Positions 1-11,920 of a stretch of DNA of 64,000 nt are shown here, in pieces. Each line of letters begins with the position of its first letter. Position 1 is the stretch's first letter. The position numbers and the translations under genes were made by a program. The stretch covers positions 62,994,001 to 63,058,000 of the forward strand of contig NW_024704743.1 of NCBI RefSeq assembly GCF_018977255.1. The letters run 5' to 3'. The notes under the pieces were generated by a model. The model saw only the letters and a program-made list of their open reading frames with translations, made no database searches and was not told the DNA's origin. The stretch comes from Callorhinchus milii. Lineage: Eukaryota.

Positions 1-554
1 GCTTCATTTGATCACAGCTTCAAATCCTTGAAAGTGACAACAACAACTTGCATTTATGCAGCATCTTTCAGTTCAAAGAAAGTCTCAGAGCATTTGATAA
101 GGCGGACCAAGCAGGCAAAGAAGAGATTTAAAGATGTAGACCAAAGGCACGGATGATGAGATTTGTTTTATGAGGTTTTTGAAAGCAGGGAGAGAGCAGC
201 AAGGGGAAATGGATTTAAGAAGGAAACGTAGGAGAGGGGATGGTGGAAGGTTCGGCCTCTGATGATGGAGGGAAGAGCGTGGGGAATAAGTAATATATCT
301 GTCTTTCTATTCCATGACAGTATGTTGGCAACATTGCTCTTATAATTGCGTCGGTATTCAACAATTAGAACTGGGCAACATGTCGCAGGACTCATTTGTC
401 TAATGATCAGGATACAATGCCACTCAGATCACATGCCAGAAGCTATTGTTAAAGGGCTGTCACCCCCACCCTCCACACACGCATGCATTATTTCCTGAAA
501 GGCGTTATTTACACAGTTGGGTTATTAGCTTGTTTAAACTTTCATGGATTACAG

Positions 555-671
555 AATGGTTGTGATCTTCTTCTGGCACAAACGTTATCATCCTTCGCAG
601 TGATGTTAATGGTTAAACCATTGTACATACGACAGTATGTTCTACAGACATTGCTCCACCAGCAATTGCAG
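555..671 (+). CDS. Candidate internal coding exon, unidentified (NGCDLLLAQTLSSFAVMLMVKPLYIRQYVLQTLLHQQLQ)
   Basis: ttacag| acceptor, 117 nt open in phase 0, CAG|GTAACT donor, non-repeat context. No homology recognised. Confidence 0.2.
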
Positions 672-1291
672 GTAACTGCGTCATTCTCACTACCATCCAG
701 TCATTGTTAAACACGCCGGTTTCAGTCTCTCCAGCAAACCTCTCAGAGCAATTTCCTGCTAATGATAGCTGTTTGGAGGATAAGAGATGATGGGTCGGAG
801 GATCGGAGCAGGAATTTCCTCTCGTTCCCTTCACCCATGACAACCCACCACTCAAACCAGGAAGCTGCTCCTTCACAGCATCAGATATGTACAACTCAGG
901 GGTCCTTGAGCACCCGTGCCATTGCAGTGGGAAGAGAGGCCAAAGACCAACCTGCCTCTTCATTGCTGACGATATTCATCACAATATTACTATTTTTCTG
1001 AGTGACTATCAGGTCTGACTTGAAGAACAGTTTAGAAATCCGAGATAAGTGGTAGCATAGAGACCCTGGCTTGCAGACTTGCAAGATTGACATTGCAGCA
1101 CCTGAACAGAATTTCTCTTAAAATGATTGTGAGGAGCTTGATCGGAAAATTGTAATGTTTTGGCAAATGCTGCATCCCAGCATTTATTTTTGCTGAGGAC
1201 CGTTTCAACATGGTAGTGCTTGTGTGCAACAGTATCAGTTGAGTCATTTGTATCATTACGTATTGCAACATTTAACTAACAGACTGCTTAG

Positions 1292-1452
1292 ATAAAGCCA
1301 GGAGATTTGAGAACTAAGGCTACATCTGCCAAGGCTGTCAAGGGTGGGGGTAATGATGAAGGGCAGCCAATTGGCACTGATGAACAAATACACTCTGTTG
1401 CTCTGCTCTGTCTTTCAAAGCCACACAGAAACATGCATTCAACATCTTACTG
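1292..1452 (+). CDS. Candidate exon, unidentified
   Basis: CTAAC branch-like motif, gcttag| acceptor and TG|GTAGGT donor. Open in phase 0, compatible with 555-671; a second frame (MMKGSQLALMNKYTLLLCSVF..) is also open. Confidence 0.15.
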
Positions 1453-1861
1453 GTAGGTTGTTTTTTGAATCCTTTTTTTTCTGTTAATGTGAGAATTAAA
1501 CAAATTGCTTGTCATAATTATTTTCATACCCCAATGTGTAGTGAGGAACTGCTGTATTTTTATGCACAAATAACATTTAACAAACATTTATACAGGAGTA
1601 TTATTTTACTTGGTTTTAGTTGTATGGTTTAAGGTGCAGGAAAATTTACAATTGGTTTCAAAACTGTAGCTGAGATTTAAAAATCTATTCAGTCTTAGCC
1701 TTTACGATAATTTTGTCCCAAAAGTTATGATTGCGTAGAATTGTGGAAAAATCTTAAATTCAATCTTCATTCTAGACGCCAATTCTTTTCAAACCTTGCG
1801 GAAAAACAGCCGACTTTAAGAGTGAATTTACGTCTTTTTTTCAACAATTCTGCACTGTGTA

Positions 1862-2283
1862 TCAGCTTGCCTTAATGGTAGCACTCTCTTGTCTCTGAGT
1901 CAGAAGGTTGTGAGTTCAAATCTTTGAATTTAGATAGTCAAAGATGACACTGCAGTTCTAGTGTGTTGCATTGTCAGAGGTGCCGACCATCAGATAAGTT
2001 GTTGAACTGAGGTCCCATTTGTCTGTTCGGGTGGATGTTAAAGATGCAGTTGCACTATTTGAAAAGAGGTGTTTCCCCCAGTGACTTGGCCAACAATCCC
2101 CCAAATAAAATTGGTCATTCATTCACTTCATAGCTGTTTGTGGAACATTGCTGTGAGCAATTGTGCTGCCAAATTTGCCCACAAATACAGTCACCTCATT
2201 TCACAATAATTACTGTTAAGCACTTCGAAACATTCTTCCGACGTGATAAGGCACTATACCAAATGCATGTATTATTATTATTA
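1862..2283 (+). mobile_element. tRNA-derived Deu-domain SINE (family A, SacSINE1/AmnSINE-type), full length
   Basis: tRNA-like head (TGGTAGCACTCT..GAGTCAGAAGGTTGTGAGTTCAA), Deu-type core (GCATTGTCAGAGGTGCC..GTGGATGTTAAAGAT..GCACTATTTGAA), L2-like tail ending in (ATT)n. Confidence 0.85.
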
Positions 2284-2351
2284 CCTTGAATTTTAAAACA
2301 GGCTGAGATTAAGTGTAATTTTGGGCCTCTGGAGCCTGTGTGGATTAAGTA

Positions 2352-2697
2352 CAAGTTTGACTCAGTTATGAGCATGCTTGCTGCTGGGTCAGAAGATTAT
2401 GGGTTCAAGTCCCACATTGAGGAATTTGAACCCAGTGTCCAGGCTGATACTCTGTGCACTGTTGAGGGAGCTATTGTCAGAGGTGCTGTCCTTTGGATAA
2501 AACATTAAACTGAGGTTTTGTCTGACTGTTCAGGTGGACATTAAAGCCTTAAGACCTACTTGAAAGAGAAGGGAATTTCTTCTGGTGTCCTGACTAACAA
2601 TTCTCCAGTTAAATCTACTTCATGTCTGTTTATGGGAAATTCCTATATGTAAATTGGCTACTGCGTTCACTTAGAAATGCAGTCCCTACACTTACCA
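2352..2697 (+). mobile_element. Deu-domain SINE (family A), 3' end lost
   Basis: GGGTTCAAGTCCCAC B-box and the same Deu core as 1862-2283. Confidence 0.8.
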
Positions 2698-3049
2698 AAA
2701 GAAATAGCAACAGACCAGAGTTGGAAGAGCAGAGGAGATGGGCTGGGATGCACAACTGGAAAAAAAAATGCATTCACCACTTACATGAATGTTGAGCTAA
2801 ATACAATAAATTGGACATCACCCTAAATTGAAAATATAAAGAAGATACTGTACATGAATGGATGTATGGGTAAACAGAGAGAGTGCAACCAAGAACATTA
2901 TTAGTGCTTCAAGACATTTGTCGTACATGAAAAGCTCAATATAAGTGCAAGTCGTTGTTGTATTTTCTGGCAGCAGGGATAAAAGTAATCAAAAGTGATG
3001 GAGTAATCTATTATCACATCAAGATATATAATGCTTCTTTCCTGCTGGT

Positions 3050-3196
3050 ATTTGCCTACAAATATAGTCACCTCATTTACAAATGTAATTTTGTTGTTGT
3101 TGTTCACAATAATTCCTGATAAGCACTTTGAAACATTCTTCTGACGTAATAAGGCACTATACCAAATGCATAGATTATTATTACCTTGAATTTTAA
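3050..3196 (+). repeat. Local duplicate of the SINE 3' end plus flank at 2173-2296, carrying a 26-bp L2-tail insertion
   Basis: Direct alignment to 2173-2296 including the flank CCTTGAATTTTAA; extra TACAAATGTAATTTTGTTGTTGTTGT at 3078-3103. Confidence 0.8.
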
Positions 3197-3205
3197 GATA
3201 ATTTA

Positions 3206-4372
3206 GGTGGATATCATGTATTTGGATTTTCAGAAGGCATTCGACAAGGTGCCACATAAAAGGTTTTTACATAAGATTAGGGCTCATGGAATTAAGGGTA
3301 ATATATTAGCATGGATCGAAGAGTGGTTAACGGACAGAAAACAGAGAGTAGGGATAAATGGGTTCTTCTCAGATTGACAGGTTGTGACTAGTGGAGTGCT
3401 GCAAGGATCAATGCTTGGGCCTCAACTATTTACAGTCTACATCAATGAATTAGATAAGGAAATAGAACTTAATGTATCTAAATTCACGGATGATACAAAG
3501 CTAAGTGGGAAAGTAAGCTGTGAGGAGGACACAAGGAGGATGCAAAGGGATATAGACAAGTTAAGTGAGTGGGCAAGAAGGTGGCAGATGGAGTATAATG
3601 TGGAGAGTGTGAAGTTACTCACCTAGGTAGAAAAAATAGAAAAGCAGATTATAGACTAGATAGTGTTCATATACAGAGGGATTTAGGTGTCCTTGTACAT
3701 CAGTCATAGAAAGTTAGTATGCAGATACAGCAAGCTAGGAAGGCTAATAGCATGTTAGTGTTTATTGCAAAGGGGTTAGAGAAGGGAAGTCTTGTTGTAA
3801 TTGTATAGGGCCTTGGTGAGACCGCACCTAGAATATTCTGTGCAGTTTTGGTCTCCTTATCTAAGAAAGGATATACTCGCCTTAGAGGGGGTGCAACGTA
3901 GGTTCACTAGACTAGGTTGGTTCCTGGGATGAGGAGGTTGACCTACGAGGAAAGGTTGAGTAAACTAGGCCTATATTCTCTAGAATATAGAAGAATTAGA
4001 GGTGATCTTATAGAAACCTATAAGATTCTTAAGGATCTTAACAGGATAGATATTGTAAGACTGTTTCCACTGGTTGGAGAATCTAAAACTAGAGGTCACA
4101 GTCTCAGGATTAAAGGTCAGCCTTTTCGAACTGAGTTGAGAAAACATTTCTTCACTCAGAGGGTAGTGAATTTATGGAATTTTCTACCCCAGAAGACTGC
4201 GGACTGAGACAAAGATTGATAGATTTTTAAAAACTAAAAGGATTAAGGGATATGGGAATAGGGCGGGTAAATGGAATTAGGTTAGAAGATCAGCCATGAT
4301 CTTATTAAATGGCAGGACAAGCTTGTGGGACCGAATGGCCTACTCCTGCTCCTATTTCTTATGTTCTTATGT
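3206..4372 (+). mobile_element. CR1 LINE, 5'-truncated and decayed (RT domain to 3' UTR)
   Basis: Translates to YLDFQKAFDKVPH, SGVLQGSMLGPQLFTVYIN, SKFTDDTKL, LYSLEYRRIRGDLIETYKIL, FFTQRVVNLWN; ends in a CR1-type TTCTTATG repeat. Confidence 0.95.
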
Positions 4373-4614
4373 ACAACAACAACAACAACAAAATTACATT
4401 TATAGAGTGCCTTTCACATTGGGAGGACATCCCAAAGCGCTGAACAGTCAGGTGTCAGGGCCTGAGCATGGGGGAGGGGTGGTGTAGAGGTGAGGGAAGG
4501 CAGAGAGGTGGGAGGGAGACCAAAGGCACGGTTGAAGAGAAGAGTCTTGAGACCGGCCTTGAAGGAGGCAAAGGAGGAAGCGAGGCGAAGGGACTGTGGG
4601 ATGGAGTTCCAGAG
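4373..4614 (-). mobile_element. L2 LINE 3' fragment, tail-to-tail with the CR1
   Basis: LWNSIPQSLRLASSFASFKAGLKTLLFNRAF C-terminus plus (TTG)n tail. Confidence 0.9.
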
Positions 4615-4983
4615 TAAATGGAAATAAAGCATTAAGTCTCTTTGTGGGTGTATGGCTTGTCTAGGATAATGAGCAGAGTTACTTTTATTTGTGAACCATT
4701 TCGTTGTCTTTGCATTCAAATAATGTTTACAAATTCATCATAAAAGCAATGTATAAATGTGTCCAATGATATTACTGTCCTTTCCATCTTTTATATAAGA
4801 GAGCACAGAAATTCCCTATCCCGTAGGACAAAAATCCTTCATTTCTTCAATATGATAAAACAATTGATTTCTGTAATTATATTACCATGCAATTATGGGA
4901 TGTTTATTTACATCAGAAGGGGGGAAATGTGATATGTGAAAATATAATATATCAACAGTAATAATTATCACTTGATCAAAAAA

Positions 4984-5190
4984 TAGTAATAATAATAGTA
5001 ATTCTTGCATTTGATATCATGTCGAGAGGATGTCTCAAACCATTTCACAGGTTAATGTGTAGTAACAATGCATGTAAACAGGGCAGCCATTTCGCACACA
5101 GCAATACCCTAGCAATTTCCCAGAAACAGCAATGAAGTCAATGATCAATTTTACCTGGGGAAATGTTGGCCAGGAAACCAGGAGAAAACT
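4984..5190 (-). mobile_element. SINE 3' half (Deu/L2-type tail)
   Basis: Reverse-complement tail AATTCTTGCATTTGATAT and Deu motifs. Confidence 0.65.
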
Positions 5191-5195
5191 CTTTG

Positions 5196-6225
5196 TTTTG
5201 GTCAACTGGATGTCTGACATATGAGGAAACCCATCACCATGCTTAAGAGTATGCAAACCAAACTGAGAGTCTCATACATTCCAGCTATTTGCTGGAATCG
5301 AATGTGTCTTCTCTTCGTGGAAGGATGCATCCTGCTTACCTACTTCCAGAAACTATTTGGCACAGGTTGGAAAGAGCCAAGGCTTGGGACCACAGAGTGT
5401 GCATTTGGGGGTATTGCTGGAGTCTAACCTGTATAAAACTGTATAGTTTGCCATTGCTATCGCTGTCCGGCAAGCTCTACCACTGCCTGTCCAGCTAGGA
5501 CCACCGTACCCGTTAGTTCCTGTTAACCCCGCAAGCCAAAGCTCTAAGTGGGAAGAGACTCTGCCCCCAGTGACTGATCGAACCATCCAGGTCCTGCCAA
5601 TGAGTCAGGCTGGCTGGGCTGTCATCAGCCCTTCTCTGTGCTGTCCTTCAGGACAGTGTCCAAGCAAAAGTTACCCTCAGATACCGATAAGAATCAGGAA
5701 TTAAGACTGATGCCCCTTGTATCTTCCCATCAACATGCTCAATGTCTTCTGTTGAACCATGCAGAACTATGGGGTCACCAACCTTCATGTCCCACCAGTT
5801 GGCCCAGTGTTCAAGGTGGTGAGTGGAGCGCAAAAGGTCCCCCCCCACCCAGGTTAGTCCAGCGGCACAATATGGTCCACAAACAGAAGTGTCACAATGC
5901 TGTCAGAAAGGCCTGGAACAGATACACCAAGTCCATTCCCTCAATGCCATACAACATGTCATTGTCAATGGGGAACCAAAGATATGGCCATGTATACTCC
6001 CATGACGTCCAGTTTCACGATACAAGGATCATTATTGCGAGGGCCTCATGAGCCACTTGATTGAAAGCCACACTAACCGGGTGGTAGTTGATGTAGGTGG
6101 GTTTCCCCTTATCTTTATGATATTCTGCAACCTCATACAAAGACAGCCTGTCCCACACAATGAGAATGGAAACCAACCTGTTCCTCCCTGATCACATCAC
6201 AAACCTCCAATGTGAGCGAATCAAG
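5196..6225 (-). mobile_element. Decayed, internally deleted non-LTR RT element (not CR1/L2; L1/RTEX-like motifs), copy 1
   Basis: IREEQVGF, GLGVSVPGLSDSIVTLLFVDHIV, HLEHWANWWDMKV, YRYLRV, KCTLCG; 3' end matches 45480-45553 and 35430-35507. Confidence 0.8.
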
Positions 6226-7377
6226 TAGTGTCATGGGATCTTTAACATCAACCGAACAGGCACAGATGGGACCACTCCAGCACTGCAGTGGAGTATCAGC
6301 GTATTTACAATTCAAATTACAGGCTAAGAACTGATTTTGTGATGGGAGTCACCACACATTTTAATTCAAACAATACAATCAAGGTTCAAGTGCGGCTAAA
6401 ACATATCTTCGAAAATACATCCTTGATCCTAGGTTTGGGCCTGAATCCCGCTCCTCCACCACCCTGATTTTGGGAGAATGATTTTTCCATCCAACCTCTC
6501 CAATGTCTGATTGAAAAAGGAAATGAAAGTGGTGCTGGATCGCTGCTCCAGTGGCTAAGAATAAATTCTCAAAGAAAAAAATCTTGAAAATCCACCAAAT
6601 GAAATGTTCCAGCATTTTTGTACCTTTCCAGTTCAAAATGAAACCCTTTTGAATATGAGCTCTGAAAATAGCTCGGAAGGAAGAAAGGAAATAGACTGAG
6701 CTCAATTTGAACAATTTTCACGAAAGCTGAATGGTGTCAGCATAAGTCCTTTGACAATCATCAGGATCCACAGTTGTGTACAGGGCACTGATCTGCTCTC
6801 GTACTCAGGGCTGTCAAATTCTATTCACCATCTGGCAAGGGTTACGTTACTTTCATCGATCACAAGAGAAGTTCGGACTAAGAAGGCTGCTCAGTATATT
6901 TGATCTCGTATTCCACATTACAAACTTTACCATCTTCCAATTACAGCATCAGGCTCTTTCCTAAAGGAAGCCAGTGTCCTGGCCCACACCTGGCTGCTAA
7001 TCCACTATAGCTGTTGTAGTAGCTATATCCCTTTGTGTAGGAAAATACTTCTGCTCTGAGGGCTCTGAGATGTTACACTACAGGGAGAATACTATATAAA
7101 TGTAAGTGGTTGTTGTTGCTGCTCGTGCTAAAGTTGCTCTTCAGAACGCTAAATCTGTGATCTTGTTCTGTTGCCTTGGTGTATTTGTAGCTTGCCTGAG
7201 ATGTACAAACATGCAGCGGTCACAAGTAACCAGCAGCTTTTAATTCAAATAACCACTGTTCATAGTTTCTCTGTTTTCACTAGATTGCAAAAGCATTTTG
7301 CATCTATAAGGGCCTTCAACCCATTTCATCTCATCCTTCCATAATATCCATCCTCCCAGCTAACCACTGAGCTACAG

Positions 7378-7418
7378 TGGAGTCCTGCAGCTCAGTGCTT
7401 AGAACACTCGCCTCGCAA
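7378..7418 (+). mobile_element. 5' part of tRNA-Ala-like SINE (family B), interrupted by L2
   Basis: GGAGTCCTGCAGCTCAGTGCTTAGAACACTCGCCTCGCAA matches the head of intact copies (e.g. 27960-28013 minus). Confidence 0.85.
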
Positions 7419-9599
7419 CAACAACAACTTGGATTTATATAGCGCCCTCCACGCCGGACGGCGTCTCAGAGCGCTTCACAGTAATGGATCCCGGGTCGAG
7501 CCGGAGGAGGGGGAGGAAGGTGACCAAAGGCCCAGTCGAAAAGAAAGGTCTTCAGCCGAGACCTGAAAATAGGAAGAGAAGGGAGCGAGGCGAAAGGAAT
7601 GAGGAAGGGAGTTCCGGAGCCTCAGAGTGTAGTGGCTGAAGGCACAGCCACCGATGGTGGAGCGGAGAATTCGGGGGACAAGGAGGAGGGCAGACCTGAT
7701 GGAGTGAAGGCGATGGGCACTGCTGTGAGGAGAGAGGAGGTCAGAGAGGTAGGGGGGTGCAGAGGAGTGGAGGGATTTGAAGACAAGGGTGAGGATCTTG
7801 AAGTCGATCCTCTCTGGGACAGGCAGCCAGTGCAGTCTGGCAAGGACTGGGGTAATCAGGGAGCAGAGTTTGGTGCGGGTAAGAATGCGGGCGGCAGAGT
7901 TTTGTATGACCTGGATTTTATGGATGGTAGTAGAGGGGAGACCGGCGAGGAGGGCAATTGAATAGTCCAGCCGAGAGGTAACAAAGGCATGGACTAGGGT
8001 TTCAGCGGCTTTGGAGTGAGATATTGGCGGAAACGGGCGATGCGTCGGAGGTGGAAGAAAGTGATGCTGGTGAGGGATTGGATGTGGGGGAGGAAGGATA
8101 AATGGGGATCGAACTTGACGCCTAGGTTGCGTATGGGTTCGGAGAGTTTTAGTGGGAGGTCGGGTAGGTGGAGGAGGGAAGAACCATGCGATTTTAGACG
8201 TTGACAAGAGCCAAAGAGTATGGCTTCCGTCTTGTCAACATTTAGCTGAAGGAAATTCGCGCTCATCCCGCTCCTGATGTCTGACAGGCAGGCTGACCGA
8301 ACATCAGGGGACCGGGGATCGCAAAGTGAGGTGGAAAAATAGAGTTGGGTGTCGTCCGCATACATGTGGAAGTGTACCCCATGTATGTGGACGACAACCC
8401 ACTTTATTTTTGGTGGTTCGTGAGGTAGGACTCGAACCAGGCGAATGGGGTCCCACTGAGGTGGATGATGGAGGAAAGGCGGTGGAGAAGGATGGCGTGA
8501 TCAACTGTGTCGAAAGCGGCGGAGATGTCCAGGAGGACAAGGCAGAGGGACCCCTGGTCACTGATAGAGAGGATGTCATTTGAGACTTTCACAAGCGCAG
8601 TCTCTGTACTATGGGCAGGGCGGACACCGGACTGGAGGGGTTCGAAGGGGGAGTGAGAGGAGAGGTGTGCGCAAAGTCGATTGGCAACAACGCATTCTAG
8701 GACTTTGGCGACGAAGGGCAGGTTTGAAATAGGGCGGTAATGGCTGGGGTTTGAGGGATCTAGGGAAGGTTTTTTGAGGAGAGGGGTGATGACAGCAGTT
8801 TTGAGGGGGGCAGGGACTGATCCAGAGGAGAGGGACTGGTTGATGACATCAGCCAGTAGTGGGCAGAGGAGGGGGAACTGGGTGACCGGCAAATTGGTGG
8901 GGAGGGGGTCGAGGCAGCAGGTGGTGGGTTTCATTGAAGTGATGGTGGGTGAGAGGGAGGAAGGAGAGATGAGGAGGAAGGAATGTAGGATGGGGGTCAT
9001 GGTAGGATCTGATGGTGGGGAGCGTGAGGGGGATGGAGAGGGGGTGGTGGTGGGTGACAAGAGGCAGGTGGATGAGGCTGCTGGGCAGATGTTATGTATT
9101 TTGGTTGAAAAGAAGTCCATGACCTCCTTGCACTTGGCATTAAATGTGAAGATTGAGGAGGCCTGAGGGGGCGCACGGAGGAGGTAGTGGATGGTGGAAA
9201 AAAGGACTTTGGGATTGTTTTTTGCCTCCAAGATGATGTTGGAGTAGAAGGCCGCTTTCGCACGCGTCAAAGAATGGCGGTAGCTGCGGAGATACTCAAG
9301 CCACAGTTGGTGGTGAACTGTCAGGCCAGTTTTCTGCCATCTGCGCTCGAGCAGCCGGGTTTTGGTTTTTAGGGAACGGAGATTATTGTTATACCGGGGG
9401 ATCGGGTGGGTTTGAAGATGGTCCTGGATTTCAGGGGGACGAGAGAGTTGAAGGTGGAGTAGAGGCGATCATGGAGCAGTTGGACGGCTGCTTCAGGATC
9501 TCTTTGCGTGGAAAGCCAGAGGGATAGGATATTTTAGGATGTGAGGGCCTTTGTGAGGGTCTCAGGGGGTAGCCTTTTCAAGGATGGTAGAGTATGGGG
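7419..9599 (-). mobile_element. L2 LINE, 5'-truncated (~2.2 kb), ORF2 RT pseudogene
   Basis: [89 protein letters not shown]; (TTG)n tail; CGCAA TSD. Confidence 0.97.
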
Positions 9600-9935
9600 C
9601 GCAAGCCAGAGACCTGGGTTTGATTCCTGGCAGGGCAAAATGTTGAGCAAGTTTCCTTACTCCACACACTTCTGTTTACTTAGCAGTAAGTAGGAACCCG
9701 GTTGTTAGTGAATCACTTTTCCGGTGGTAATATTTCCTTGAAAAAAAATAATAAATTGGTCATTCAATCCACAACAGTTTGTGGGACACTGCTGTGCGCA
9801 ATTGACTGCCACATTTCGCCCACAAAATATAGTCAATTAACTTTACAATATATTCTATGAAGCGCTTTGAGACGTCTCGAAGACATGATAAGGTGCTATA
9901 TCAAATGCAAGGATTATTATTATTATTATTATTAT
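9600..9935 (+). mobile_element. 3' part of the interrupted family-B SINE
   Basis: Resumes at CGCAAGCCAGAGACCTGGGTTTGATTCC, central GCAAGTTTCCTTACTCCAC..AGTAGGAACCCGG, tail AAATGCAAGG(ATT)n. Confidence 0.9.
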
Positions 9936-9939
9936 CTTC

Positions 9940-10210
9940 CCATCACAGCATCAAGCAGCTTTTTATACAAGTCCAACCTGCAGACCTCAACCACTCTTCC
10001 TGGTAACCTGTTCCATAATTATCCTCTGGGTAAAAACATATTTCCTGGGTCTGCCCTGAAATTGCCCTTTGCACCTCTAAACATGTTCTGCTGACTCGGC
10101 ATATGTGAAATTGTTCCATTGTTACTTTCTCAATCCCATTTAAGGTCTTGCATTACCTCTATAAGGTCCCCTCTAAGATGTTTTCTTTCACAACTGAGTT
10201 GTCTTGGTGC
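9940..10210 (-). mobile_element. Old CR1 fragment
   Basis: ERKHLRGDLIEVMQDLK motif of the CR1 ORF2 C-terminus. Confidence 0.6.
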
Positions 10211-11227
10211 TCCTGATCCTAAATTCATTACTGCACTCTTCCCCACCCCACAGACACTCCTCACCCACACCAAACCTTTAATTAGTTTCCTTTTGTTTTT
10301 ACTTGTTTTGTTGGGTTGTGGTAGAGCCCAAGTCATATAATAACAATAATAATAAACCTTGCATAATTGCCTAATCATGTCTTTGAGACATCTCAAAGCA
10401 TTTCACAGAACATACTGCAAAGTGAACTGGCTGTATATTTTGTCTGCGAAACGTGGCAGCTGACTGCACACAGCAGGTATCGCAGAGAGATACATTGAGC
10501 AAATTACATAATTTTGTGCTACTTGCTAACAATACTTACCGAGGTGTTGACAAAGTTTAACCTTATTTATCAGTACAATGAGCCTTACGCTGACCAAAAT
10601 GAGTCAGTTTAGGAGCTTTGTGGGGCTTTAGTGTAGGTGGGGTTGATGTGTGACGGTTTCTGAGAGTAGTTGTGTGTAGAGAATTAGGGTCTCTTCAATT
10701 GTTTCCTACAAGCCTCTTTAGCAACTTTTTTCTAGCCTTGTCCAACAGTACAGTTACAGTTACTGAATCCCAAACATGGGTGCACACAGGCTCAAGCTCA
10801 GTGTCACGGGACAGGTTGAGGTCACTGCCTCAGCCATCATGTGAGTGCCTTATATATTTCACAGAATTTCCCCTCACGAAATAAATAGCAATAAAGCCTA
10901 TTTGTAAAGGTTGATGGTGCAGCACAGAGAGCAGGTGTTGCAGCACAAAGTCTCCTCAGTGACCAGAACGCTGGAGTTTTGAGTGTAGGCTGCTCCAGGA
11001 AATGAGAGAATCTGTCTCAAAAACTCCCCCGATCACAAGACAATGACCATTTAACAGTGAGATGTTCCATCTGCTCTTTGCCGTCATCGCCTCTCGCTGT
11101 AAAAATCAGATTTGGTAATGGGGAAGGTTTATATCCTGCTGCCTCCCTCCCTCCTTCACATTTCCTCCTCAAAGGTCAAAGATGGACAATCTGGGTTGTG
11201 TCAGTCTGGCTCAATAAGGTTTAGCTT

Positions 11228-11920
11228 GGGACAGTCTGGATGTGAACAGTGGATGTGGACAATCTGGGTGCGGACAGTGGGTGTGAACAGTGGGTATGGA
11301 TAGTTTGGATGTGAACAGTGGGTGTGAGCAGTCTGAGTGTGGACAGTGGGTGTGGACAGTCTGGGTGTGGACAATTGGTGTGGTCAGTCTGGGTGTGGAC
11401 AATTGGTGTGGTCAGTCTGGGTGTGGACAATTGGTGTGGTCAGTCTGGGTGTGGACAATTGGTGTGGTCAGTCTGGGTGTGGACAGTGGGTGTGGATAGT
11501 CTGGGTGTGGACAGTCTGGGTGTGGTCAGTCTGGGTGTGGACAGTGGGTGTGGACAGTCTGGGTGTGGACAATGGGTGTGGACAGTGGGTATGGACAGTC
11601 TGGGTGTGGACAGTCTGGGTGTGGACAGTGGGTGTGGACAGTCTGGGTGTGGACAGTGGGGGTGTGGACAGTGGGTGTGGGCAGTCTGGGTGTGGACAGT
11701 GGGGGTGTGGACAGTGGGTGTGGACAGTCTGGGTGTGGACAGTGGGGGTGTGGACAGTGGGGGTGTGGACAGTGGGTGTGGACAGTCTGGGTGTGGACAG
11801 TGGGGGTGTGGACAGTGGGTGTGGACAGTCTGGGTGTGGACAGTGGGGGTGTGGACAGTCTGGGTGTGGACAGTGGGGGTGTGGACAGTGGGTGTGAACA
11901 GTCTGGGTGTGGACAGTGTG
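11228..11920. repeat. G-rich minisatellite of 13- and 15-bp variant units (GGGTGTGGACAGT / CTGGGTGTGGACAGT / GGGGGTGTGGACAGT)
   Basis: Directly visible tandem array of about 700 bp. Confidence 0.97.

Noticed and set aside
7599..9372. Plus-strand G/E/R-rich ORFs
   Set aside because: Antisense shadows of the C-rich L2 ORF2.
11228..11920. CRISPR-like array
   Set aside because: No unique spacers or cas genes; this is a eukaryotic tandem repeat.
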